A stretch of 64,000 nt of DNA from Klebsiella phage 150049, in the sequence record OP045498.1; one strand, written 5' to 3'. The translations under genes were made by a program, and so were the position numbers. Every line of letters starts with the position of its first letter. The stretch's first letter is position 1. Positions 1-8,263 of this stretch are shown one piece after another. Below the pieces are notes generated by a model, which saw only the letters and a list, made by a program, of their open reading frames with translations, did no database searches and was not told the DNA's origin.

Positions 1-44
1 TACTATGACTCCGGAGAAAGCAGTACAATTAGCTAAAATTGCAT

Positions 45-85
45 TTGGCAACTGCTCATAATTATTGTATAATATACACATAAAT
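45..85 (+). promoter_or_regulatory. Sigma70-type strong phage promoter, copy 1 of a tandem pair: -35 TTGGCA at 45-50, 17-bp spacer, -10 TATAAT at 68-73, then the conserved ACACATAAATTGAGAG leader
   Basis: Read directly. Same architecture as copy 2 and as at least 6 promoter cassettes on the - strand in the early region. Confidence 0.55.
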
Positions 86-144
86 TTGAGAGAGAAAGTT
101 TCGGATTGATAAGAAAGTCCGAAGCAGAAAAATAAAAATTGTAC

Positions 145-201
145 TTGTCAAATCCTCCCGATTTAATGTATAATATATACATAAATTGATGAGAGACAAA
201 A
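145..201 (+). promoter_or_regulatory. Sigma70-type strong promoter, copy 2: -35 TTGTCA at 145-150, 18-bp spacer, -10 TATAAT at 169-174, conserved leader ATACATAAATTGATGAGAG, then ATG at 202
   Basis: Read directly. The leader is the same TATAATATAYACATAAATTGATGAG consensus seen in the early-region promoters. Confidence 0.6.
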
Positions 202-564
202 ATGAAATTCTTTGATTACGAGAGAATTTACCTCTTAGCTAGAGGAAACTCCGACCTGATTGTCAAGCTATTTAATAGAATGCTTGCAGAGCCTGATGCT
301 CACCAGTTACTGGTCGGTTCTTCATTCATCTTGAATGAATCAACTATTGTTGATAACCCTTACAAATTGTCTAATAGACAACTGGCAGAATATCTAGGAA
401 TTCTAAGTCTACGAAATTATGCCGAATATAAGTTTACAAACGATCCGAGTTTGGACATGCAATATGTTCCCGTATGGATACCACGTTCTGTAATCGACAC
501 TAACCCACTAATTGCAATCAATAAATCGAAGATAATCTTTAAAGAGGAAATAAAATATGGCTAA
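202..564 (+). CDS. Hypothetical protein, 120 aa
   Basis: ORF directly downstream of the promoter. Its stop overlaps the next gene's start (ATGGCTAA context). Confidence 0.5.
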   Translation: MKFFDYERIYLLARGNSDLIVKLFNRMLAEPDAHQLLVGSSFILNESTIVDNPYKLSNRQLAEYLGILSLRNYAEYKFTNDPSLDMQYVPVWIPRSVIDTNPLIAINKSKIIFKEEIKYG

Positions 565-1330
565 GTCTTGGGGCGAAACTACTGGCGGTTCTAACGATAA
601 AATCGACTTCCTGAAATTCAACAACGGTGTAACTCGTGTTCGTATCGTTTCTGGTGTTCTTCCACGTTATGTCTACTGGCTGACTAACAAAGATGGTAAT
701 GCAGCTCCGTTTGAGTGCCTGCGTTTCAACCGTACTAAAGAGAGCTTCGTCCGCGGTAAAGCTGACCCGATTCACGAAATGGGCTTCTTCGAGAAAGAGC
801 TGGACAAAGATGGTAATCGTGTTCCGCTGAAACCGAAGAAAAACTACATCGCTTTCGTTATCGACCGTTCTGATAACAAACTGAAAGTTATGGAAGTTAA
901 AGCTACTATCCTGAAAGGCATCCAGTCTATCATGAAGCAGCTGAAACTGTCCGACCCGTTCGATATCGATATTTCTATCGAGAAGAAAGGTAAAGGCTTC
1001 GATACTGAGTACGATGTACAGCAGATCGCAGCAATGCAGTTCCAGATGGCTCTGAAAGATCCTACTAGCGCAGAAGCTAAACTGCACGCCGCAGATGCCG
1101 ATATTCTCGGTGAAGCTATGTGTGATGATACTGGTGAGTTCATCAAGTTTGAAAAAGTTCCTTCTCTGGAAGAAACCTACCCGGTTCCGTCCTACGAAGA
1201 GCAGAAAGAAGCTATTCTCGCCTTCATGGAAGGTCGTGAGAAGCAAGACGGCGGTGACACTAAGTCTGGTGGTGATGCTGGTTCTCAGAAAGGCATCGAC
1301 GCTGAAGCTGCTAGCGATCTGGACGACTAA
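557..1330 (+). CDS. Replication/recombination-associated protein with acidic C-terminal tail, 257 aa; T5 D11-like position; possible ssDNA-binding-type protein
   Basis: Good SD (AGAGGAAATAAAATATG). C-terminus is ...EAASDLDD, an acidic tail as in SSB-type proteins. Lies immediately upstream of the SbcCD-like pair. A rho-independent terminator follows. Confidence 0.55.
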   Translation: MAKSWGETTGGSNDKIDFLKFNNGVTRVRIVSGVLPRYVYWLTNKDGNAAPFECLRFNRTKESFVRGKADPIHEMGFFEKELDKDGNRVPLKPKKNYIAFVIDRSDNKLKVMEVKATILKGIQSIMKQLKLSDPFDIDISIEKKGKGFDTEYDVQQIAAMQFQMALKDPTSAEAKLHAADADILGEAMCDDTGEFIKFEKVPSLEETYPVPSYEEQKEAILAFMEGREKQDGGDTKSGGDAGSQKGIDAEAASDLDD

Positions 1331-1333
1331 TAA

Positions 1334-1362
1334 ACCAAGGGGAGCTACGGCTCCCTTTCTTT
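1334..1362 (+). terminator. Intrinsic terminator: GGGGAGCTACGGCTCCC hairpin plus T-run
   Basis: Stem-loop followed by TTTCTTTTT, read directly. Confidence 0.6.
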
Positions 1363-1369
1363 TTAATTT

Positions 1370-2347
1370 ATGAGAATACTATTTAGTGCTGATCATCATA
1401 TCAAATTAGGACAAGATAAAGTTCCAAAGGAATGGCAGAAGCGTCGCTTCCTGATGCTAGGAGAACGGTTAAATGACATATTCCATAATCATAACTGTGA
1501 TCTGCATATTGCTGGTGGTGATATTCTTGATGTTGCCGACCCATCGTCGGAAGAAATAGAACTTCTTGAACAGTTCATGTCAAGACTTGACCATTCAGGC
1601 AAGATCTTCACTGGGAACCATGAAATGTTAACTAAAACTATTTCATGTCTGTATCATTATGCAGGAGTTATTAATAAAGTAACAAACGGAAATTGGGAAG
1701 TCATTACTAAACCATATCGTTCTCCTGAATTTGATATTATCCCTTATGATGAAATCCACAAACCAAAGTGGAAACCATCTGAATCAAAACTATGTTTCAC
1801 GCATGTTCGTGGTGAAATCCCTCCACATGTAAAACCAGAGATTGATCTAACGAGGTATAACTGTTATGACACTGTAATTGCTGGCGATTTACATTCTTAT
1901 ACTAATAGTCAAACTGTTGGTTCTACTAGACTTCTTTATCCAGGATCTCCATTAACTACATCGTTCCATAGAGAACGAACAAAAGGTACAAATGGTTGTT
2001 TTATCATTGATACCGACACATTAAAAGTAGAATGGATTGAACTTGGTGACTTACCACAACTGATTCGTAAAACAATCGGAGTTGGTGAGGAAATGGAGCC
2101 TAGTGACTATGACCGTGTAATTTATGAAGTCACTGGTGACGTCGTTCAGTTAAAGTCTATTAAAGATTCCGATCTCTTAGATAAAAAGATTAACCATCGA
2201 GTTACTAAAGATGCTAAGTTAAATCTTGTTGATCTTGATATGTTAGGCGAGCTTGAGCTTTACTTCCGTGAAGTTGAAAAGCTGTCTCAAGACGACATTG
2301 ATAGAATCTTGGCTAGAGCTGCTAAATATGTCAAAGATTATAATTAA
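1370..2347 (+). CDS. D12: SbcD/Mre11-like recombination nuclease subunit (T5 D12-like), 325 aa
   Basis: N-terminal MRILFSADHH...GDILD...GNHE metallophosphoesterase motifs. Partner SbcC-like gene follows immediately. T5 gene order. Confidence 0.8.
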   Translation: MRILFSADHHIKLGQDKVPKEWQKRRFLMLGERLNDIFHNHNCDLHIAGGDILDVADPSSEEIELLEQFMSRLDHSGKIFTGNHEMLTKTISCLYHYAGVINKVTNGNWEVITKPYRSPEFDIIPYDEIHKPKWKPSESKLCFTHVRGEIPPHVKPEIDLTRYNCYDTVIAGDLHSYTNSQTVGSTRLLYPGSPLTTSFHRERTKGTNGCFIIDTDTLKVEWIELGDLPQLIRKTIGVGEEMEPSDYDRVIYEVTGDVVQLKSIKDSDLLDKKINHRVTKDAKLNLVDLDMLGELELYFREVEKLSQDDIDRILARAAKYVKDYN

Positions 2348-4166
2348 GACACTAAAATTCAGCAACGTTATGTCTTACGGTAAGGATATCGTAATTCATT
2401 TCGATAAGAATCCAGTTACTCAGTTAATCGGAGGAAACGGTCTAGGGAAGTCCACTATTGCTACTGTTATCGAGGAATTGTTCTATAACAAGAACTCACG
2501 TGGTATCAAGAAGGACGCCCTATTCTCTTGGGGTTCTCCGAAGAAAGAGTACGATATGCACGCTTACTTCTCGAAAGATGAAGATGAGTATGAGTTGCAT
2601 AAAGTAGTTAAATCAACTGCTAAGGTTACACTGATTAAGAATGGAGAAGATATCAGTGGACACACAGCAACTCAAACGTATAAGATGATTGAAGAGATTA
2701 TGGGTGGTGACTTCCAAACATTCACTAAACTGATCTATCAATCTGTAGGTTCCAATCTAGACTTCCTCAAAGCAACTGATGCGACACGTAAAGCTTTTCT
2801 TGTTAATCTGTTCAATCAGGAACAGTATAAAGAGATGTCAGAAACTATTAAGGCTGATCGTAAAGAAGTGGCAAGTACGTTAAGTAACTTGCAAGGCCAG
2901 ATGGCCGTAATTACGAAGATCCTCAACGGAAAAGGCAATCTCGGAAGTTTACAAGAGCCAGTTGAAGTTCCAGAGTTTGATGAAGAACCATTAGCACAAG
3001 AACTTACTGAATCGAAAATTAAGGCGGCATTAGCCAAGTCACAAGAGGCTAATATTACTAAACTCCGTAATTTGGACAAAGCTGTACAAGTTGCCGAACA
3101 ATCTTTCGAGCCTTTCAAAAGTTTCCCTGCGCCCACTGATCAATCTGAAGAGATCTCAAGTGTTACGCGTGACCTAACGATTGTTACCTCACGTGCAGGA
3201 GAAGTCAAGAAACGTTATCAGAAGTTCAAGCAAGAGGCTTCAAATACTGAATGTCCTACTTGTGGTACTCACCTTGATACAACTGCTGCTCAAAAAGCAA
3301 TGGATATGGCTAGAGCAGAATACGATCCTCTGTTTAAAGAGAAACAATCTCTCGAAGCTACATTGGAGCAGTTAAAGAAAGAACAACTCGAGTACGCTGC
3401 GTATACTAGAGCTAAGGATGCTTTAGATAAGGCAGTAGCAGCTAGAGACGAGTTCAAAAATTCAATGAGTGATGCTTCTTTTGAAGAACTCAATGTGCAG
3501 ATCCTACAGGTGCAAATCCGACAATTAGAACAGGAAATCGCTGATGGCCGTTCTAAAGTTGCAATTGCCAAAGAGCATAATGCAAATGTCGAATTAGCCA
3601 ATGCAAAATATAAAGCGAAACTAGAACAGATTGAAAAAGCTGAGGCAGAAATGTCTGAGATAACGTCCAAACTGGATGGAGTATCAGAAGCTGTTGCTGA
3701 TCTTGATATTCTGATCGCTGCATTGAAAAATCTGGTAGGATATAAACTAGAGCATAGTGTGAAAGTATTTGAGGAATTGATTAATAAATATCTTTCTATT
3801 ATGACTGGTGGTAAGTTCGCACTTGGATTTGAACTTGATGAAACTAAATTACAAGTAGTAATCTTCAATGATGGAAACCGCACCAGTATGGAGAACTGCT
3901 CTACTGGTCAGCAGAGTAGAATTAACCTAGCAACTCTGTTAGCTATTCGAATGCTGTTAACATCTATTAGTAAAGTTAATATTAATCTTCTGTTCCTTGA
4001 CGAAGTTATTAGCTTTATTGATACGAAAGGACTTGATACTCTCGTTGAATTATTAAATGAGGAAGATAGTCTGAATTCTATCATTGTTTCTCATGGGCAT
4101 ACGCATCCATTAGCCCATAAGATTACTGTCAAAAAAGATGCAGAAGGATTTTCCTACTTAGAATAA
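2328..4166 (+). CDS. D13: SbcC/Rad50-like ATPase (T5 D13-like), about 612 aa from the ATG at 2328; the ORF track begins at an upstream in-frame Met at 2253
   Basis: Walker A GGNGLGKST near the N-terminus, long coiled-coil middle, C-terminal signature/ABC region with LFLDEVI (Walker B/D-loop). The start at 2328 is chosen as the first Met after the D12 stop region (MSKIIIKTLKF). Confidence 0.8.
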   Translation: MSKIIIKTLKFSNVMSYGKDIVIHFDKNPVTQLIGGNGLGKSTIATVIEELFYNKNSRGIKKDALFSWGSPKKEYDMHAYFSKDEDEYELHKVVKSTAKVTLIKNGEDISGHTATQTYKMIEEIMGGDFQTFTKLIYQSVGSNLDFLKATDATRKAFLVNLFNQEQYKEMSETIKADRKEVASTLSNLQGQMAVITKILNGKGNLGSLQEPVEVPEFDEEPLAQELTESKIKAALAKSQEANITKLRNLDKAVQVAEQSFEPFKSFPAPTDQSEEISSVTRDLTIVTSRAGEVKKRYQKFKQEASNTECPTCGTHLDTTAAQKAMDMARAEYDPLFKEKQSLEATLEQLKKEQLEYAAYTRAKDALDKAVAARDEFKNSMSDASFEELNVQILQVQIRQLEQEIADGRSKVAIAKEHNANVELANAKYKAKLEQIEKAEAEMSEITSKLDGVSEAVADLDILIAALKNLVGYKLEHSVKVFEELINKYLSIMTGGKFALGFELDETKLQVVIFNDGNRTSMENCSTGQQSRINLATLLAIRMLLTSISKVNINLLFLDEVISFIDTKGLDTLVELLNEEDSLNSIIVSHGHTHPLAHKITVKKDAEGFSYLE

Positions 4167-4169
4167 AAC

Positions 4170-4652
4170 ATGGCCGTAGATAGTAGAGAGAAAGGTAAAC
4201 GTGGTGAATATCAGGTAAGAGATATACTACGTGAACGTACAGGTCTTGAGTGGGAACGTGTTCCAGGTTCTGGTGCTTTTGGCCAGAGCCATGGACTGAA
4301 GGGTGACATCTACCTTCCACCACAAAGCGGACACATTAGTAAATACTGCTTCGAAGTTAAGTGGTATAAAGATGATAACATATCAAGTAATTTATTTAAC
4401 GTTGGTGAATCCACTCTAGAGAAGTGGTGGCAGCAGTGTTCCCGTGAAGGTGAACAGATGAACTCCAAACCAGCCTTAATATTCAAGAAAGACAGAGGAC
4501 AGTGGTTAATTGCTTTGGATAGCTCAGACCCTATGGTCGACAACTTAATGAGTCGTACCCATATGGTGTTAAATAAGAAAGACATGGAAATCGTAATCGG
4601 GTTATTCGAACCGTGGTTACATCACGCATCTGTTGAGGACTTAATTAAATAA
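4170..4652 (+). CDS. D14: Putative Holliday-junction-resolvase-like nuclease (T5 D14-like), 160 aa
   Basis: Size and position between D13 and D15 as in T5. Acidic/basic pattern GEYQVRDILRE...E...K consistent with a small nuclease. The function is an inference. Confidence 0.5.
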   Translation: MAVDSREKGKRGEYQVRDILRERTGLEWERVPGSGAFGQSHGLKGDIYLPPQSGHISKYCFEVKWYKDDNISSNLFNVGESTLEKWWQQCSREGEQMNSKPALIFKKDRGQWLIALDSSDPMVDNLMSRTHMVLNKKDMEIVIGLFEPWLHHASVEDLIK

Positions 4653-5527
4653 TGAGTAAATCCTGGGGAAAATTTATTGAAGAGGAAGAAGCTGAGCTGG
4701 CTTCTCGTCGCAACCTAATGATTGTTGATGGAACTAACTTAGGCTTCCGCTTCAAACATAATAATAGTAAGAAACCCTTCGCTTCAAGTTATGTTTCTAC
4801 AATTCAATCTCTCGCAAAATCCTACTCAGCTAGAACTACAATCGTTCTCGGTGATAAAGGAAAGTCTGTATTCCGTTTAGAGCACCTTCCTGATTATAAG
4901 GGCAACCGTGATGAAAAGTATGCTCAACGTACAGAAGAAGAGAAAGCACTAGATGAACAGTTCTTCGAGTATCTTCGTGATGCTTTCGAGTTGTGTGAAA
5001 CCACATTCCCAACTTTCACTATTCGTGGTGTAGAAGCAGACGATATGGCAGCTTATATTGTTAAGCTCATTGGTCATTTATATGATCACGTTTGGCTGAT
5101 CTCTACTGATGGTGACTGGGATACTCTATTAACTGATCGAGTTTCTCGCTTCTCCTTCACCACACGTCGTGAGTACCATCTTCGTGATATGTATGAACAT
5201 CATAACGTTGACGATGTAGATCAGTTTATCTCTCTGAAAGCAATTATGGGAGATCTTGGTGATAACATCCGTGGTGTTGAAGGCATCGGTGCAAAACGTG
5301 GTTATAATATTATCCGTGAATTTGGTAATGTTCTGGATATTATTGATCAACTCCCTCTGCCTGGGAAACAGAAATATATACAGAATCTGAACGCATCGGA
5401 GGAGTTGCTTTTCCGAAATCTGATTCTGGTTGATTTACCGACCTATTGTGTAGATGCTATTGCTGCTGTGGGTCAAGACGTATTAGATAAGTTTACGAAA
5501 GATATTTTGGAGATCGCAGGACAATGA
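4652..5527 (+). CDS. D15: 5'-3' exonuclease / flap endonuclease (T5 D15 FEN), 291 aa
   Basis: Protein (MSKSWGKFIEEEEAE...IVDGTNLGFRF...GDKGKSVFR...VEADDMAAYIV...) matches T5 D15 flap endonuclease almost residue-for-residue, as I recall it. Start overlaps the D14 stop (TAATG). Confidence 0.95.
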   Translation: MSKSWGKFIEEEEAELASRRNLMIVDGTNLGFRFKHNNSKKPFASSYVSTIQSLAKSYSARTTIVLGDKGKSVFRLEHLPDYKGNRDEKYAQRTEEEKALDEQFFEYLRDAFELCETTFPTFTIRGVEADDMAAYIVKLIGHLYDHVWLISTDGDWDTLLTDRVSRFSFTTRREYHLRDMYEHHNVDDVDQFISLKAIMGDLGDNIRGVEGIGAKRGYNIIREFGNVLDIIDQLPLPGKQKYIQNLNASEELLFRNLILVDLPTYCVDAIAAVGQDVLDKFTKDILEIAGQ

Positions 5528-5970
5528 TTAAAATTAAACTAACTCATCCAGATTGCATGCCGAGGATTGGTTCTGATGATGCCGCAGGTATGGATCTGCG
5601 TGCATTCTTTGGTACTAACCTTGCGGCAGATTTACGTGCTATTGCACCAGGCAAATCCCTTATGATTGACACCGGTGTCGCGGTGGAAATTCCGCGAGGT
5701 TGGTTTGGTTTGGTAGTTCCTCGCAGCTCTTTAGGTAAGCGTAAACTAATGATCGCAAATACCGCAGGAGTGATCGACTCAGACTACCGTGGTACTATTA
5801 AGATGAACCTGTTTAACTACGGTTCTGAAATGCAAACTCTGGAGAATTTCGAGAGACTTTGTCAGCTAGTAGTACTACCACACTACTCAACTCATCATTT
5901 TGAAATCGTTGACGAACTAGAGGAGACTGATCGTGGAGAAGGCGGCTTTGGAAGCTCAGGAAGTAAATAA
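5524..5970 (+). CDS. dut: dUTP diphosphatase (dUTPase), 148 aa
   Basis: dUTPase motifs AAGMDLRA, RSS(L)GK, GVIDSDYRG, and C-terminal RGEGGFGSSG. ATGA overlap with D15. Confidence 0.9.
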   Translation: MIKIKLTHPDCMPRIGSDDAAGMDLRAFFGTNLAADLRAIAPGKSLMIDTGVAVEIPRGWFGLVVPRSSLGKRKLMIANTAGVIDSDYRGTIKMNLFNYGSEMQTLENFERLCQLVVLPHYSTHHFEIVDELEETDRGEGGFGSSGSK

Positions 5971-6199
5971 TTTTGCTGATCCTAATATGATAGGATCATT
6001 TGAACATCCCGCTACGTATCATCATGTTATGGTAGCAGAACCGGATGTGAATAACGTAGTTCTTAAGGTAGATCGTGAAGGCAATGTAATCCAGTGGGAT
6101 GAAGAGGCTTTTGTCGAACTATGTAGCAATTCAGAAGATCCTACTCTTAGAGCTATGTTAGCAGTGTTTAACTTAGGTGTTATTGCTGGCAGCAGATAA
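5933..6199 (+). CDS. Hypothetical protein, 88 aa
   Basis: ORF overlapping the dut 3' end by 38 nt. Followed by a strong bidirectional terminator. Weakly supported. Confidence 0.35.
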   Translation: MEKAALEAQEVNNFADPNMIGSFEHPATYHHVMVAEPDVNNVVLKVDREGNVIQWDEEAFVELCSNSEDPTLRAMLAVFNLGVIAGSR

Positions 6200-6203
6200 T
6201 AAT

Positions 6204-6236
6204 AAACCCCAGTGGAAATCCACTGGGGTTTTCTTT
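6204..6236. terminator. Bidirectional intrinsic terminator between the convergent + strand replication block and the - strand late block
   Basis: 9-bp stem CCCCAGTGG/CCACTGGGG with a T-rich run on both sides. Confidence 0.7.
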
Positions 6237-8221
6237 TACTTATCAAGTAATTGTTTTACCAATTTCTTAAGTTCATCAATTTCTTGCTGCTGCTTTTCAA
6301 CAACTTCATTAAGTTCATTAAAAGCGTTAACTAGGAGAGCGGTAATACCACTATAACTTACACCTAAATACTCACTGTTAGAGATTTTATAAACAGCCTC
6401 CGGCAAAACAGCCTGCACATCCTGAGCTATTACACCCGCTTCCTCAGAATAAATAGAGTGTTCATCTTCATCAAGATTATTACGCTTAAAATAAGTATAA
6501 CCCTTAATCGATTTCACTTTTTCTTTAGCGCTTTCAATCTCTTTTAGATTTGCTTTCAGGCGAATATCGGATGTGTTAACCCACTGAACAGCAGACGCAT
6601 ACCCAGCATCATTAAATGTGTAAGTTGCACCTCTTATATTAAGATGCGCCTCACAACCTCCAGCACCATATCTTATAACATCAAGACCAGCAGCCCAATC
6701 ACCGCCCCACCTAACAGCCTTGAATATGTTTGATGCGGCATCATCACCTGGTAGTTCAACAAGTAGACCAGATGCGCGATCTCGCCAACCATCCCAGCCG
6801 CCGCCAGCAATTTGACCCCCAATTAACGCATTACCGCCACCAGTTCTAGCGCCTGAAACTCTAACCCCATTTGCGTTATTCTCAGTAGGCCATATTGTAA
6901 GTAATCCATTAATATGCATATTGTGCGCTTCATAAGATGCAATATTACTACCATTGCAATGAATTTGAATAATACCATCACCACCCCATTTAAAGCCAGT
7001 GTCAGTATCACCAATAACCAATGAATTATCACCAAGAGCGTTACCAATACCACGACCTACTGTTATAGAGTTATAGTTTAGTGCATTACCATGCTCGTCA
7101 AATTGATAATAGTTATTATCACCACCTTCTCTTGTTACTTGTATTGTTGCTTTAGCGGTCGCTCCTTGAATTTCATTGTAGATCCTGGAATATGAAAGTT
7201 GCACACCTTCTGCGTTCTTGTTTATTAGGTAAAGAATGCCGGAATTAGCACCATTCTTTTCAATAAGATTCACACCCCTAAAAACAGGAATATCAGTTTC
7301 ACCAATTCCAAAATTACTTCTTGCTTGGCTTATGTTTGTTGCACCTGTACCCCCATTAGAGATTTGAACAGTAGTTTGAACATTAAATTGTTCCTGCCAT
7401 CCTCTCCAGTTATCAGTACCATCAAGAACGTTAACCCAGGAACTACCAGACAATCCAACTGCACGAAGTATACCATATTGTGCCACACCATTTATGTCTA
7501 CTCCATGACAGTGGAAGTTATACGTCCACCAACCCTCTTGCTTAGGAGGCCCGTTAACTATTGCGTCACCAGAGGAATAATACCCACTCTGGCCAGCAAC
7601 AGCTACATAGTTCAATACGTTATCTCCATCAGGTACTATCTCAGCCAAGGCACCAACAGGGACATTAAGGCCTTTTCTTGCAGTTTTAGGAGTAGTTCCA
7701 CCCGTACCACCGAAAGCAACTTTCATAGCACTAACTGCTGTACTAGCACTATTAATTAAACCAAAATCTCCACTATTATAGATAAATAAAGAATATTTAC
7801 CGTCAGGAGAGGTAATAAAAGTTCCGTTATCTTGCTGACGTAGGCGTTCTACTTGTAGATTTGCTCTAGCATTTTCTAGCGTTACTGCCCCAGTACCACC
7901 TTGAGAAATTTTAATAGCTTTAGTAAGTGCATTTAATTCTGTAATATCGTTATTGGCACCTTTAGCAGCTTTAGTATCTAAAGTAGTATTAACACCCCCT
8001 AATGCAGTATTAATATTACCAATCGACTCGTTAATATTATTGATAGCTGCATCAGTAGCAGCTTTATCAGTAGTATACTTAGAGATTTGCAGGTATTTGG
8101 AAGTTAGCACAACAGCACCAGCTTCTCCATCAACAGAGAAAACGCCGGCAACTGCGGCGTCTCTATTAACTACAACATATGGGGCCATAGCCCCACTTTT
8201 TGGCATTAAATTACGTGACAT
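6236..8221 (-). CDS. ltfB: L-shaped (lateral) tail fiber protein, second/distal component (LtfB-like), 661 aa, with C-terminal intramolecular chaperone (peptidase S74-like) domain
   Basis: Gly/Asn/Thr-rich beta-fibre composition with repeated NGGTGA motifs. C-terminal approx. 110 aa (...DIRLKANLKEIESAKEKVKSIKGYTYFKRNN...LNEVVEKQQQEIDELKKLVKQL) is the typical autoproteolytic chaperone module of phage fibers and tailspikes. Confidence 0.75.
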   Translation of the reverse strand: MSRNLMPKSGAMAPYVVVNRDAAVAGVFSVDGEAGAVVLTSKYLQISKYTTDKAATDAAINNINESIGNINTALGGVNTTLDTKAAKGANNDITELNALTKAIKISQGGTGAVTLENARANLQVERLRQQDNGTFITSPDGKYSLFIYNSGDFGLINSASTAVSAMKVAFGGTGGTTPKTARKGLNVPVGALAEIVPDGDNVLNYVAVAGQSGYYSSGDAIVNGPPKQEGWWTYNFHCHGVDINGVAQYGILRAVGLSGSSWVNVLDGTDNWRGWQEQFNVQTTVQISNGGTGATNISQARSNFGIGETDIPVFRGVNLIEKNGANSGILYLINKNAEGVQLSYSRIYNEIQGATAKATIQVTREGGDNNYYQFDEHGNALNYNSITVGRGIGNALGDNSLVIGDTDTGFKWGGDGIIQIHCNGSNIASYEAHNMHINGLLTIWPTENNANGVRVSGARTGGGNALIGGQIAGGGWDGWRDRASGLLVELPGDDAASNIFKAVRWGGDWAAGLDVIRYGAGGCEAHLNIRGATYTFNDAGYASAVQWVNTSDIRLKANLKEIESAKEKVKSIKGYTYFKRNNLDEDEHSIYSEEAGVIAQDVQAVLPEAVYKISNSEYLGVSYSGITALLVNAFNELNEVVEKQQQEIDELKKLVKQLLDK

Positions 8222-8263
8222 TAACTAGTACCTTTATAAGGGGCCTAGGCCCCTACTGTATTA

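Noticed and set aside
539-1246. 235-aa ORF on the - strand antisense to the D11-like gene; similar long antisense ORFs at 3290-3883, 26213-26743, 26828-27391, 47324-47737 and 47581-47958
   Set aside because: They lie entirely inside well-supported genes on the opposite strand (capsid, SbcC-like and others). They have low-complexity Ser/Leu/Phe-rich translations and no SD or promoter. Classic shadow ORFs of codon-biased genes.
1-6236. Considered whether the + strand block at the window start is a separate mobile element or host DNA
   Set aside because: Gene content (SbcCD-like, D14, D15 FEN and dUTPase in T5 order, with D15 near-identical to T5) and the shared promoter leader with the early region show it is the phage's own replication module.
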